Assembly (NCBI GenBank): GCA_964585325.1
Contig: CAZPCT010000005.1
Coordinates: 1 to 40,438, forward strand
Direction of reading: 5' to 3'
Length of the DNA stretch: 40,438 nucleotides
From: an uncultured Candidatus Saccharibacteria bacterium
GTDB lineage: Bacteria > Patescibacteriota > Minisyncoccia > JACQLN01 > CAZPCT01
Made by a program: the position numbers and the translations under genes. Each line of letters starts with the position of its first letter. Position 1 is the stretch's first letter. The notes under the pieces are model-generated. The model saw nothing but the letters and a program-made list of their open reading frames with translations. It had not been told where the DNA came from and made no database searches. This document shows, in pieces, positions 30,822-38,487 of the stretch.

Positions 30822-33012
30822 GACACTTGTCATTATTGACGCGCACGCACTGATTCACCGTGCGTATCATGCGCTTCCTGCTTCGCTTACCTCTCCCCGC
30901 GGTGAGCCGCTGAATGCGGTCTATGGATTTACCAGCGTACTTATAAAAGTGCTCAAAGAGCTGAGCCCCACCCACGTGGTTGCTGCCTTTGACGTGGCCC
31001 GCCCCACCTTCAGGCACAAGGAGTTTGCCGAATACAAAGCAACACGCAAGGAGGCGGACACAGAGTTGCGGGCCCAGATTCCCGTAGTTAAAAACGTGCT
31101 TGAGAGTTTTGGTATTCCCGTGCTGGAAAAGGAGGGGTTTGAGGCGGACGATGTTATTGGCACAGTGGTTGAACAGGTGAAGGGCACAAAGGATCTGCGA
31201 GTTGTTGTTGTTACCGGGGACTTGGACACCCTACAACTGGTGGATGGGGACCGGGTGCAGGTGTACACACTGCGTCGGGGCGTAACCGATACGTCGCTTT
31301 ACAACGAAAAAGCCGTGCGGGAGCGGTTTGGCGATCTTTCTCCAACACAGCTGACGGATTATAAAGGCCTCAAAGGAGATCCTTCTGACAACATACCCGG
31401 CGTGCCGGGCGTAGGGGAGAAGACTGCGATAGCGCTTCTATCTGAACATGAAACGGTTGAAAATCTTTATGCCCACCTGGATGAGAGCCCGGTAGTCGCA
31501 GGAAAACTGAAGGAAAAACTAGAAACGCACCGGGATCAAGCGTTTTTTTCAAAACAGCTCGCCACTATCAGGAAGGATGTACCCATCTCATTTTCGTTGG
31601 AGGAAGCAGGGTTTGTTTTTGCTGTGCGCCAAGAGACACAAAAACTTTTTGCGGCACTTGGATTTAAAAGCCTGCTCCGGCGTCTGGAAAATGATACGCA
31701 GTTTGAGACGGGCCAAAAGAGCGCCCCCCTTGAAGAAACCGACGCGGAGAGATTTTTTAGGGAAGGAGTGCTTTCTGAAAAAGTGTACCAACTTGAGAAG
31801 AAGCTGGAGCCTGTATTAAGACACATAGAGAAGACAGGGTTCCGGATAGACGTACGAGTGCTCACCACGCTCAGTGCCCAGTTTGATAAAGAGCTTACAC
31901 ACATAGAGAAGAAGGCTGTGTCGTTGGCGGGAGAGGAGTTTAATCTTAACTCTCCACAAGAGGTGGGCAGGATACTGTTTGACGTACTTGAGTTGGGTGG
32001 ATCAAAAGTAAAAAAAACAAAGACGGGGCAGTATTCAACTGCTGCCGCGGAGCTTGAAAAAGTTCAGGAAGAACACCCTATTGTGGGGCTCATGCTTAAG
32101 TGGCGGGAGCTTTCCAAACTCAAGTCAACATACTTGGATACCCTACCTGAATTGGTAGACGCAAAAGACGGCCGGATTCATACTACGTTCAAGCAGTTTG
32201 GCGCAGCAACAGGGCGCCTCTCGTCTGAAAATCCCAACCTACAAAACATTCCTATTCGTGGGACGTTTGGTAAAGACATACGCAAGGCGTTCGTGGCTCG
32301 GGACGGCTACTGCATTTTGGCGGCCGACTATTCCCAGCTGGAGTTGCGCATAGCAGCTGCCCTTTCAAAAGACAAAATAATGATGAAGGCATTTGCGGAG
32401 GGTGAGGATATTCACACTCGTACGGCCGCGGAGGTGTTTGGGGTCCCGCCTACGGGAGTGACAAGAGATATGCGCAGACAGGCCAAGGTGCTTAATTTTG
32501 GTGTGCTCTATGGTATGGGCCCGCGGGCCTTCTCTCAGGCGGCAGACATTCCGTTTGAACAAGCTAAAAAGTTTATCACCGCCTATAAAAGTGAGTTTGA
32601 GGGTCTCTGGACGTTCCTGGAAGAAACGAAGGCGCGCGCGTATACCCAAGGGTATGTGGAGACGGTGTGGGGTCGCAAACGGTTTCTTCCAGAGCTTTCG
32701 TCTAACAATCCTGGTATACAGGCGGCGGGGGAGCGCATTGCCATGAATATGCCTATCCAGGGCACGGGAGCGGATATTATTAAAGCTGCCATGGTTGAGA
32801 TAGACGGGCACATACGCGACAATGCGGACGTCTATATGATCCTACAGGTGCACGACGAGCTGGTGTTTGAGGTGAAGCGCGGGGTGGTGGACGCATACGC
32901 ACCCCGTATTGCTGAACGGATGACAGGAGTCATTACGCTGGACGTGCCATTAGTGGTTGATGTGGAGGTGGGCCCCAGCTGGGGAGAGATGAAACGGATT
33001 GCAGGTGCATGA
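30805..33012 (+). CDS. polA: DNA polymerase I (5' nuclease domain fused almost directly to the family A polymerase domain; no 3'-5' exonuclease domain)
   Basis: 5' nuclease: LVIIDAHALIHRAYHAL, FEADDVIGT, GDLDTLQLV, GVPGVGEKTA. Polymerase: motif A ILAADYSQLELRI, motif B RRQAKVLNFGVLYGM, motif C QVHDELVFE. I chose the ATG at 30805, which overlaps tsaE by 17 nt. Confidence 0.92.
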   Translation: MTTTPKTLVIIDAHALIHRAYHALPASLTSPRGEPLNAVYGFTSVLIKVLKELSPTHVVAAFDVARPTFRHKEFAEYKATRKEADTELRAQIPVVKNVLESFGIPVLEKEGFEADDVIGTVVEQVKGTKDLRVVVVTGDLDTLQLVDGDRVQVYTLRRGVTDTSLYNEKAVRERFGDLSPTQLTDYKGLKGDPSDNIPGVPGVGEKTAIALLSEHETVENLYAHLDESPVVAGKLKEKLETHRDQAFFSKQLATIRKDVPISFSLEEAGFVFAVRQETQKLFAALGFKSLLRRLENDTQFETGQKSAPLEETDAERFFREGVLSEKVYQLEKKLEPVLRHIEKTGFRIDVRVLTTLSAQFDKELTHIEKKAVSLAGEEFNLNSPQEVGRILFDVLELGGSKVKKTKTGQYSTAAAELEKVQEEHPIVGLMLKWRELSKLKSTYLDTLPELVDAKDGRIHTTFKQFGAATGRLSSENPNLQNIPIRGTFGKDIRKAFVARDGYCILAADYSQLELRIAAALSKDKIMMKAFAEGEDIHTRTAAEVFGVPPTGVTRDMRRQAKVLNFGVLYGMGPRAFSQAADIPFEQAKKFITAYKSEFEGLWTFLEETKARAYTQGYVETVWGRKRFLPELSSNNPGIQAAGERIAMNMPIQGTGADIIKAAMVEIDGHIRDNADVYMILQVHDELVFEVKRGVVDAYAPRIAERMTGVITLDVPLVVDVEVGPSWGEMKRIAGA

Positions 33013-33068
33013 TCGCAGATTGATGATTTAAAATCTGCAATCTGAAGTCGTAAATCATATATCAGAAA

Positions 33069-34040
33069 ATGTTGTATTTCTACTACGGAGAGAACGCGTA
33101 TCTGCTTGAAGACAAGCTTCGGGTCTTTATCGCACGCTACCTCGCCAAGTACCCGGACGGCCTTGGACTGCATAAAATTGATGTTACCGAGAGCGAGCTT
33201 GCGGCACTGAGGGACGTTCTTGAGACGCAATCTCTGTTTACCACCATGCGATTGGTATACGTTACGGGTCTTACCGCTCTTTCCCCAGAGGAACAAGAAG
33301 AACTGGTGAGACTTTTTCAAAAAAGCGACATTTCTACACAAAAGGATATTGTGGTGGTGTGCTATGAGAAGGGGTGGCGTATGGAAAAAGAAAAGAAAAA
33401 CTCTTTGGGCGCGTATTTTACAAAAAACGCCACTGTTCAGGAGTTTTCTCCCTATTCTGGTTCACAACTGCGGCGCTGGATTGAATCATACGTGGCGCGG
33501 AGGGAGGGACAGAGTGACCCAGACGCAATTTCTGTGCTGGTTCACCGGCGGGGTGAGGACATGCTCGCGCTGTCGCGAGAACTTGATAAGCTCCTATCCT
33601 ACGCGAACGGCGAAAAAATCACCTCCAGTATGGTTTCCACGCTCGTGCCTGCGCGAGCGGAGGCGGACGTGTTTCACACCATAGACGCGCTCGGCAAAAA
33701 AGACGCCGCGGGGGCACTACTCCTCCTCAAGAAGCACCAGGAGGCGGGGGACGACCCGTTCCAGATCTTTTCCATGTTTGCCTACGAGTTGCGTACGCTT
33801 CTTACTATTAAAGAAGCACAAGAGCTGGGACACGAGGAGCGCCTTACCACAACCCACAAACTGCACCCCTTCGTGGTGCGCAAAAATAGCGCGTTAGCAC
33901 GCGCCTTTTCGCTTTCAACACTTGTTCATCTCCACAGCACACTCGCTATGGCAGACCATATGGTCAAGACGGGACTCAAGGAGCCGTACGAGGCTCTAGA
34001 GGATGTTATTTTTGCTGTGACGGCACAAGAAGTCGCTTGA
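33069..34040 (+). CDS. holA: DNA polymerase III delta subunit
   Basis: 323 aa. Start LYFYYGENAYLLEDKL.. and C-terminal HPFVVRKNSALARAFS...L...DHMVKTG fit the HolA pattern. Confidence 0.7.
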   Translation: MLYFYYGENAYLLEDKLRVFIARYLAKYPDGLGLHKIDVTESELAALRDVLETQSLFTTMRLVYVTGLTALSPEEQEELVRLFQKSDISTQKDIVVVCYEKGWRMEKEKKNSLGAYFTKNATVQEFSPYSGSQLRRWIESYVARREGQSDPDAISVLVHRRGEDMLALSRELDKLLSYANGEKITSSMVSTLVPARAEADVFHTIDALGKKDAAGALLLLKKHQEAGDDPFQIFSMFAYELRTLLTIKEAQELGHEERLTTTHKLHPFVVRKNSALARAFSLSTLVHLHSTLAMADHMVKTGLKEPYEALEDVIFAVTAQEVA

Positions 34041-34287
34041 CCGCGCGATACAGCCGGGACTTCTTTCGTGACGCAGTGTTGTGATGGATGACGCCCTTTT
34101 TGGCCGCCTTATCTAGTTTTTTGTATGCAACGGAAAGCAGGCGGGCTGCCTCATCCGTACTGCGTGCGTCAATAGCTTTTTCCAACGAGCGCACCGTCTC
34201 TCTCATCTCTTTCTTGACGCGCTTGTTTGCCACTTCATGTGTTGCTGCCTGACGCTGGGCCTTCTGTGCTGATTTTGTGATTGGCAT
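34006..34287 (-). CDS. rpsT: 30S ribosomal protein S20
   Basis: MPITKSAQKAQRQAATHEVANKRVKKEMRETV...KKLDKAAKKGVIHHNTASRKKSRL matches S20. It is only the last 93 codons of the 205-aa track ORF. CAT at 34285-34287. Overlaps the holA 3' end by 35 nt. Confidence 0.88.
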   Translation of the reverse strand: MPITKSAQKAQRQAATHEVANKRVKKEMRETVRSLEKAIDARSTDEAARLLSVAYKKLDKAAKKGVIHHNTASRKKSRLYRAVKRLLVPSQQK

Positions 34288-34345
34288 AGCGGGGCAATAG
34301 TACCAAATATGGCCCAAAAGGGCAAACGTCCCCGCCCCTCGTAAT

Positions 34346-34843
34346 TTACAGAGAGGAGCGGGGACGAAAGAGGGACGCCCAGCGGGCGCGGGCGCGCTTC
34401 CAGGCGTGAGTAGGGAGCCAGAGGACGAAGAGCGCGAGGAACGCCTTGGCTGGCCACCCGAGCGTCCAGAAGAGCGCATACCGGTGGCGAAAGACGAGCG
34501 CCGCCTCGTCTGGGCGACCGAGCGCGCGCAGGCCGTGGGAAAACACGTTGAGGATGACGGGCAGGAAGAAAAGGATGGTGAACGCTGCGGCGCATGCTGC
34601 CCATATAGTTGCCCGGACATCATGTCGCCGGTGATAGGCGTAGTACCAGAGTGCGGGCACTGCCAGTGCTGCCGGGATCACGTTCCAGGCGAGCTCAAGA
34701 AATTCAAAGCTCCAGAACGGGGGTGTTCCCCCGGCGAGCGCACCATAGTGGCGGGCTGCACCCACTGACGCCACCACCATACCTGCCAATAGAGCAGGGG
34801 GGTGGAGCACGTACCCCACAAAAGACCATTTAGGGCTCCACAC
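34346..34843 (-). CDS. Hypothetical ~4-TM membrane protein encoded in a locally GC-rich segment
   Basis: It is the only frame among several overlapping ORFs with protein-like hydrophobic helices (PALLAGMVVASVGA; WNVIPAALAVPALWYYAY; IWAACAAAFTILFFLPVILNVF; ALFWTLGWPAKAFLALFVLWL). No family recognised. Confidence 0.5.
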   Translation of the reverse strand: MWSPKWSFVGYVLHPPALLAGMVVASVGAARHYGALAGGTPPFWSFEFLELAWNVIPAALAVPALWYYAYHRRHDVRATIWAACAAAFTILFFLPVILNVFSHGLRALGRPDEAALVFRHRYALFWTLGWPAKAFLALFVLWLPTHAWKRARARWASLFRPRSSL

Positions 34844-34885
34844 GGCGACCTCCGGGCTAAAGAAGGAAGGAGCTCAAGGGGACTG

Positions 34886-36811
34886 TTAATTCTCTCCCAG
34901 TATATCACGGGCGATAATAGCTTTTTCAAAATCCCATTCATCCACCGCTTTTTTCAGCTCTTTTTTAAGTTCCGCCTTAGAAAGCGTTCGGAGCCATTTT
35001 TCTTCAGGGCGCTCCTCACCCACTTTCTTTTTGGGTTCAACCTTCTTTTGGATGGGCAGAGGGACGTGACCGTGTATTTTGTTGTACTCTCGTTGATGCT
35101 CCCGGCGTCGTCCTGTTTCCTCAATAGCCGCGCGCATCGCGCCTGTCACTTTGTCCGCATACATAATGACGTGCCCCTCGGGGTGCCGTGCGGCACGCCC
35201 CATGGTCTGCACCAGCGTGGTCTCATTGCGTAAAAATCCCTCCTTGTCTGCGTCCAGAATGGCCACCAGAGAGACTTCCGGCAGGTCCAACCCTTCCCGC
35301 AGCAGATTGATGCCCACAAGCACATCAACTTCTCCCCGGCGAAGTGAAGCAAGGACTTCCGGACGGTCCAATGTATGGATATCTGAATGCAGGTAAGCGG
35401 CAGAGATGGAAAGGTCGTCAAGATGTTGCGCCAAGTCTTCTGCCAGCCGCTTTGTGATGACGGTTACCAGAGCGCGCTGACCGACCTTAATGCGTTTTCG
35501 TATTTCTACCACCAAGTCATCAACCTGGCTGGTGGTTGGACGCACCTCAATGGTGGGGTCAAGAATGTGTGTGGGCCGGATAAGTTGTTCGGCTACGTAG
35601 CGCATGCGTCCCTTTTGAGAGTGTTCGTATTCAAATTGCCCAGGTGTTGCGGAAACAAAGACACCTTGTGGCACACGCTCTGTCCACTCAGTAAACGTTA
35701 AGGGGCGATTGTCCAGGGCCGAGGGAAGGCGAAAGCCGTGGTCTACCAGCACCTGTTTGCGCGCCTGGTCCCCGTTATACATGCCCCTAATCTGGGGGAG
35801 GGTCATATGAGACTCGTCAACAAACACAAGGAAGTCTTTGTGTTCAAGGGCAAAGTAATCAAGGAGTGTGTCTGGAGCCGCCCCAGCTGGGCGGCTAGAG
35901 AGGTGGCGGGAATAGTTTTCAATACCGCTCACGTAGCCGGTCTCACGTAGCATCTCAATATCGTACCCCGTGCGCTGTTCCAGGCGTGCCGCCTCCAAAA
36001 TCTTCCCTTCTTTCTCCAGCTCCTTTAACCGTCCCGCGAGCTCTGTCTGAATAGCGCCGACGGGACCCGAGAGGTCTTCGTTAGGGGAGACGAAGTGCTT
36101 TGCGGGAAAGAGGAGGTACGAGGCGAGCGTTCCTTGCGTGGAATGTTCCATTGCCTCAACCTCGTCACCAAAAAAGCGCACAGTAAGTGCCTCTTCCCCG
36201 GTTGGCATGTAAATAACAACTACCTCTCCTTTCACCTCAAATGTTCCCGGCTCCCGGGCGTAGTCGTTGCGTTCGTACCGTAGCCGCACAAGGTCGCGCA
36301 AAAACTGTTGGCGAGGGCGTGTGTCCCCTTTTGCTATTTTTAGTGAGACCTCTTTGTACGAGACGGGGTCACCAATGTTGTAGATACATGACACTGACGC
36401 AACTACCAGCACGTCGTTCCGGGTGAGGACCGCTTGCGTGGCGGCGTGACGCAAGCGGTCAATAGTCTCGTTTATTTTTGCGTCCTTTTCAATGTACGTG
36501 TCTGTGGACGGAAGATAGGCTTCGGGCTGGTAGTAGTCGTAGTAGCTGACAAAATAATGGACCTCGTTGTGCGGAAAAAATTCCCTAAACTCCTGGTATA
36601 GCTGCCAGGCCAGCGTTTTGTTGTGGGAAATGACAAGTGTGGGCCGCTGCACCGCCTCTGTGACGGCGGCCATGGTAAACGTCTTACCAGATCCGGTTAC
36701 TCCCAAGAGCGTCTGGAACTGCTGGTTGTCAGACAGGCCAGACACCAGCTTTTTGGTGGCGTGACGCTGGGCGTCAGTGAGAGTGTAATGTGAGGAAAGT
36801 GTGAATTTCAT
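34886..36811 (-). CDS. uvrB: Excinuclease ABC subunit B
   Basis: Walker A GVTGSGKTFT, YFVSYYDYYQPEAY, DESH, the beta-hairpin region, helicase motifs (LVTVITKRLAEDL, GINLLREGLDLPEV, GRAARH), and a C-terminal UVR motif (LKKAVDEWDFEKAIIARD). Confidence 0.95.
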   Translation of the reverse strand: MKFTLSSHYTLTDAQRHATKKLVSGLSDNQQFQTLLGVTGSGKTFTMAAVTEAVQRPTLVISHNKTLAWQLYQEFREFFPHNEVHYFVSYYDYYQPEAYLPSTDTYIEKDAKINETIDRLRHAATQAVLTRNDVLVVASVSCIYNIGDPVSYKEVSLKIAKGDTRPRQQFLRDLVRLRYERNDYAREPGTFEVKGEVVVIYMPTGEEALTVRFFGDEVEAMEHSTQGTLASYLLFPAKHFVSPNEDLSGPVGAIQTELAGRLKELEKEGKILEAARLEQRTGYDIEMLRETGYVSGIENYSRHLSSRPAGAAPDTLLDYFALEHKDFLVFVDESHMTLPQIRGMYNGDQARKQVLVDHGFRLPSALDNRPLTFTEWTERVPQGVFVSATPGQFEYEHSQKGRMRYVAEQLIRPTHILDPTIEVRPTTSQVDDLVVEIRKRIKVGQRALVTVITKRLAEDLAQHLDDLSISAAYLHSDIHTLDRPEVLASLRRGEVDVLVGINLLREGLDLPEVSLVAILDADKEGFLRNETTLVQTMGRAARHPEGHVIMYADKVTGAMRAAIEETGRRREHQREYNKIHGHVPLPIQKKVEPKKKVGEERPEEKWLRTLSKAELKKELKKAVDEWDFEKAIIARDILGEN

Positions 36812-36928
36812 TGTGTTGCTGGGTATATGTACATGATGCTACGCTACTGTTGTCTCAGGAGTGCGCTCGCACAGACGCTCCGCTTGTTCACGGAGTAAGC
36901 ATTCACTGCGCTTCGCGTCTGTCCTCGC

Positions 36929-36956
36929 TTAATACGTGATACTTAATACATGATAC
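36929..36956. repeat. Tandem 14-nt direct repeat immediately upstream of ruvA (TTAATACGTGATAC / TTAATACATGATAC)
   Basis: Two adjacent copies differing at one position, ending 6 nt before the ruvA ATG (36963), in the uvrB-ruvA divergent region. Confidence 0.6.
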
Positions 36957-36962
36957 GAAACA

Positions 36963-37547
36963 ATGATCGGGTATCTTGAAGGAGCCATTATCGCATCTGA
37001 CGACAAGTCTGTCATTGTGCATGCCGGTGGGGTGGGGTGGCGCGTCTTTTGTGGCCCGCTCACTCTCCAAGAGTGGCAGGAAAACGGAGGCGCGGTCAAG
37101 ACGTTTACCTATCTGTATGTACGGGAGGGTGTGCAGGACCTGTTTGGATTCCGTTCCCATGAAGAACTACGTTTTTTTGAGTTACTTATAGGGGTTTCGG
37201 GAGTGGGGCCACGGAGCGCGCAGCATATTATAGACACCCTCTCGCTTAACGTTGTTGTGGGGGCTGTTCAGAGCAAAAAACCCGACGTGTTCACCCGTGT
37301 TTCTGGGGTGGGATCAAAGATTGCTCAACGTATCGTTATAGACCTTGAGCCCAAGTTGAAGTCCCACGGCTTTGCCTCTGACGCAGACCTTGTCACACTT
37401 GCGGAGGAGGACGAGGCCGTGTCCGCACTTGTCTCTTTAGGATACAAGCGGCGCGAGGCGCGCGAAGCGTTAGAGCACGTGGAGCCAGACGTCCAAGGGC
37501 CAGAAGAGCGGGTGAGGGCCGCCCTAAAACACTTAGGGAGAGCCTGA
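36963..37547 (+). CDS. ruvA: Holliday junction DNA helicase subunit RuvA
   Basis: MIGYLEGAII...VIVHAGGVGWRVF, HhH region LIGVSGVGPRSA...VSGVGSKIAQRI, and C-terminal domain III (ALVSLGYKRREA). Confidence 0.9.
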   Translation: MIGYLEGAIIASDDKSVIVHAGGVGWRVFCGPLTLQEWQENGGAVKTFTYLYVREGVQDLFGFRSHEELRFFELLIGVSGVGPRSAQHIIDTLSLNVVVGAVQSKKPDVFTRVSGVGSKIAQRIVIDLEPKLKSHGFASDADLVTLAEEDEAVSALVSLGYKRREAREALEHVEPDVQGPEERVRAALKHLGRA

Positions 37548-37549
37548 GT

Positions 37550-38485
37550 ATGGAAAAGGTAACGTGGAACGGGCGAGTAAAAGCTGCGGGGGGTGACTTT
37601 ATGCAAAGCACGGAGTGGGGTGCCTTTCATACGGCGCTGGGGTGGCGCGTAGAGCAGGTTGACGCGGGTGGCCTGTTCGCGCACGTTGTCTTCAGGCCAC
37701 TCCCGCTGGGGGCCAACCAAGGGTACGTGCCCATGGGCCCGTTACTGGAAGGTCACCAGGCTCGGGGTTTCGCACGTGGTCTGGTGGATGCTTCCGCGTT
37801 TTCTTTGGCTCTGCGCAACGCGGCAGACCGTCGGACGCTTTTTTTAGAATATGACCTGCTAGAACCGGTCCCCGCTTTGGGAACGGTCACTCCTCATACC
37901 CGGCAACCGCTCAGGACGCACCTTGTGGACATAGCGGGTAAAAACGCGGACACGCTCTACGCCGCTTTTCACCCCACACTTCAACAGAATCTCTCCCGCG
38001 CGGAGCGACACTCCCTTGTGGTGCGCAAAGAAGAGGGGTGGCGGCCGTTCTATAAACTGTATACACACACCACAGAGCGTCACGACATACGCGCCTGGCA
38101 CGAAGGGTATATACGCACTCTCTGGGAGACGCTTGCGCCACAGGGTATGGTGGAGATCTGGGGCGTGTATCATGAAGGAGAGCTTCTTTCCAGTAACATG
38201 TACGTGATATGGGAAGGGCGCGCCACACACTTGTTTGCGGGTTCGTCTGAAAGGAAGCGGGAAATGATGGCGCCCCATCTTCTGCATTGGCGCATGATGA
38301 GCCACTATGCGGAGCGGGGCATTCACCACTATGACCTGGGAAAGGTGGACAGACAAAAGCTTCCAGGGCTGACCACGTTCAAAACACGGTTTGGAGGGAC
38401 CACTCACGTGTATCCGGGTAATGTGAAAAACATTCTCCACCCGCTGTGCTATCGTCTGTATACAACACTTAAATCTCTTAGGTAA
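37550..38485 (+). CDS. FemAB-family peptidoglycan interpeptide-bridge aminoacyltransferase (FemX-like)
   Basis: FMQSTEWGAF at the N-terminus. C-terminal HLFAGSSERKREMMAPHLLHWRMMSHYAERGIHHYDLGKV...LPGLTTFKTRFGG matches the FemAB pattern (a.yll.w..i..A...G...yDfgG.....gl..FK..fgg). Confidence 0.75.
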   Translation: MEKVTWNGRVKAAGGDFMQSTEWGAFHTALGWRVEQVDAGGLFAHVVFRPLPLGANQGYVPMGPLLEGHQARGFARGLVDASAFSLALRNAADRRTLFLEYDLLEPVPALGTVTPHTRQPLRTHLVDIAGKNADTLYAAFHPTLQQNLSRAERHSLVVRKEEGWRPFYKLYTHTTERHDIRAWHEGYIRTLWETLAPQGMVEIWGVYHEGELLSSNMYVIWEGRATHLFAGSSERKREMMAPHLLHWRMMSHYAERGIHHYDLGKVDRQKLPGLTTFKTRFGGTTHVYPGNVKNILHPLCYRLYTTLKSLR

Positions 38486-38487
38486 CC

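Noticed and set aside
33015-33038. A hairpin GCAGATT-N10-AATCTGC after polA as a possible terminator
   Set aside because: The stem is only 7 bp with a 10-nt loop and no following T-tract. That is too weak to call.
34288-34623. The 5' extension of the rpsT ORF (205-aa track ORF) and the other overlapping frames in the GC-rich segment
   Set aside because: Only the last 93 codons match S20. The extension is Arg/Ser/Pro-rich junk and contains the putative rpsT extended -10 (34297-34305). It also overlaps the more protein-like membrane ORF at 34346-34843.
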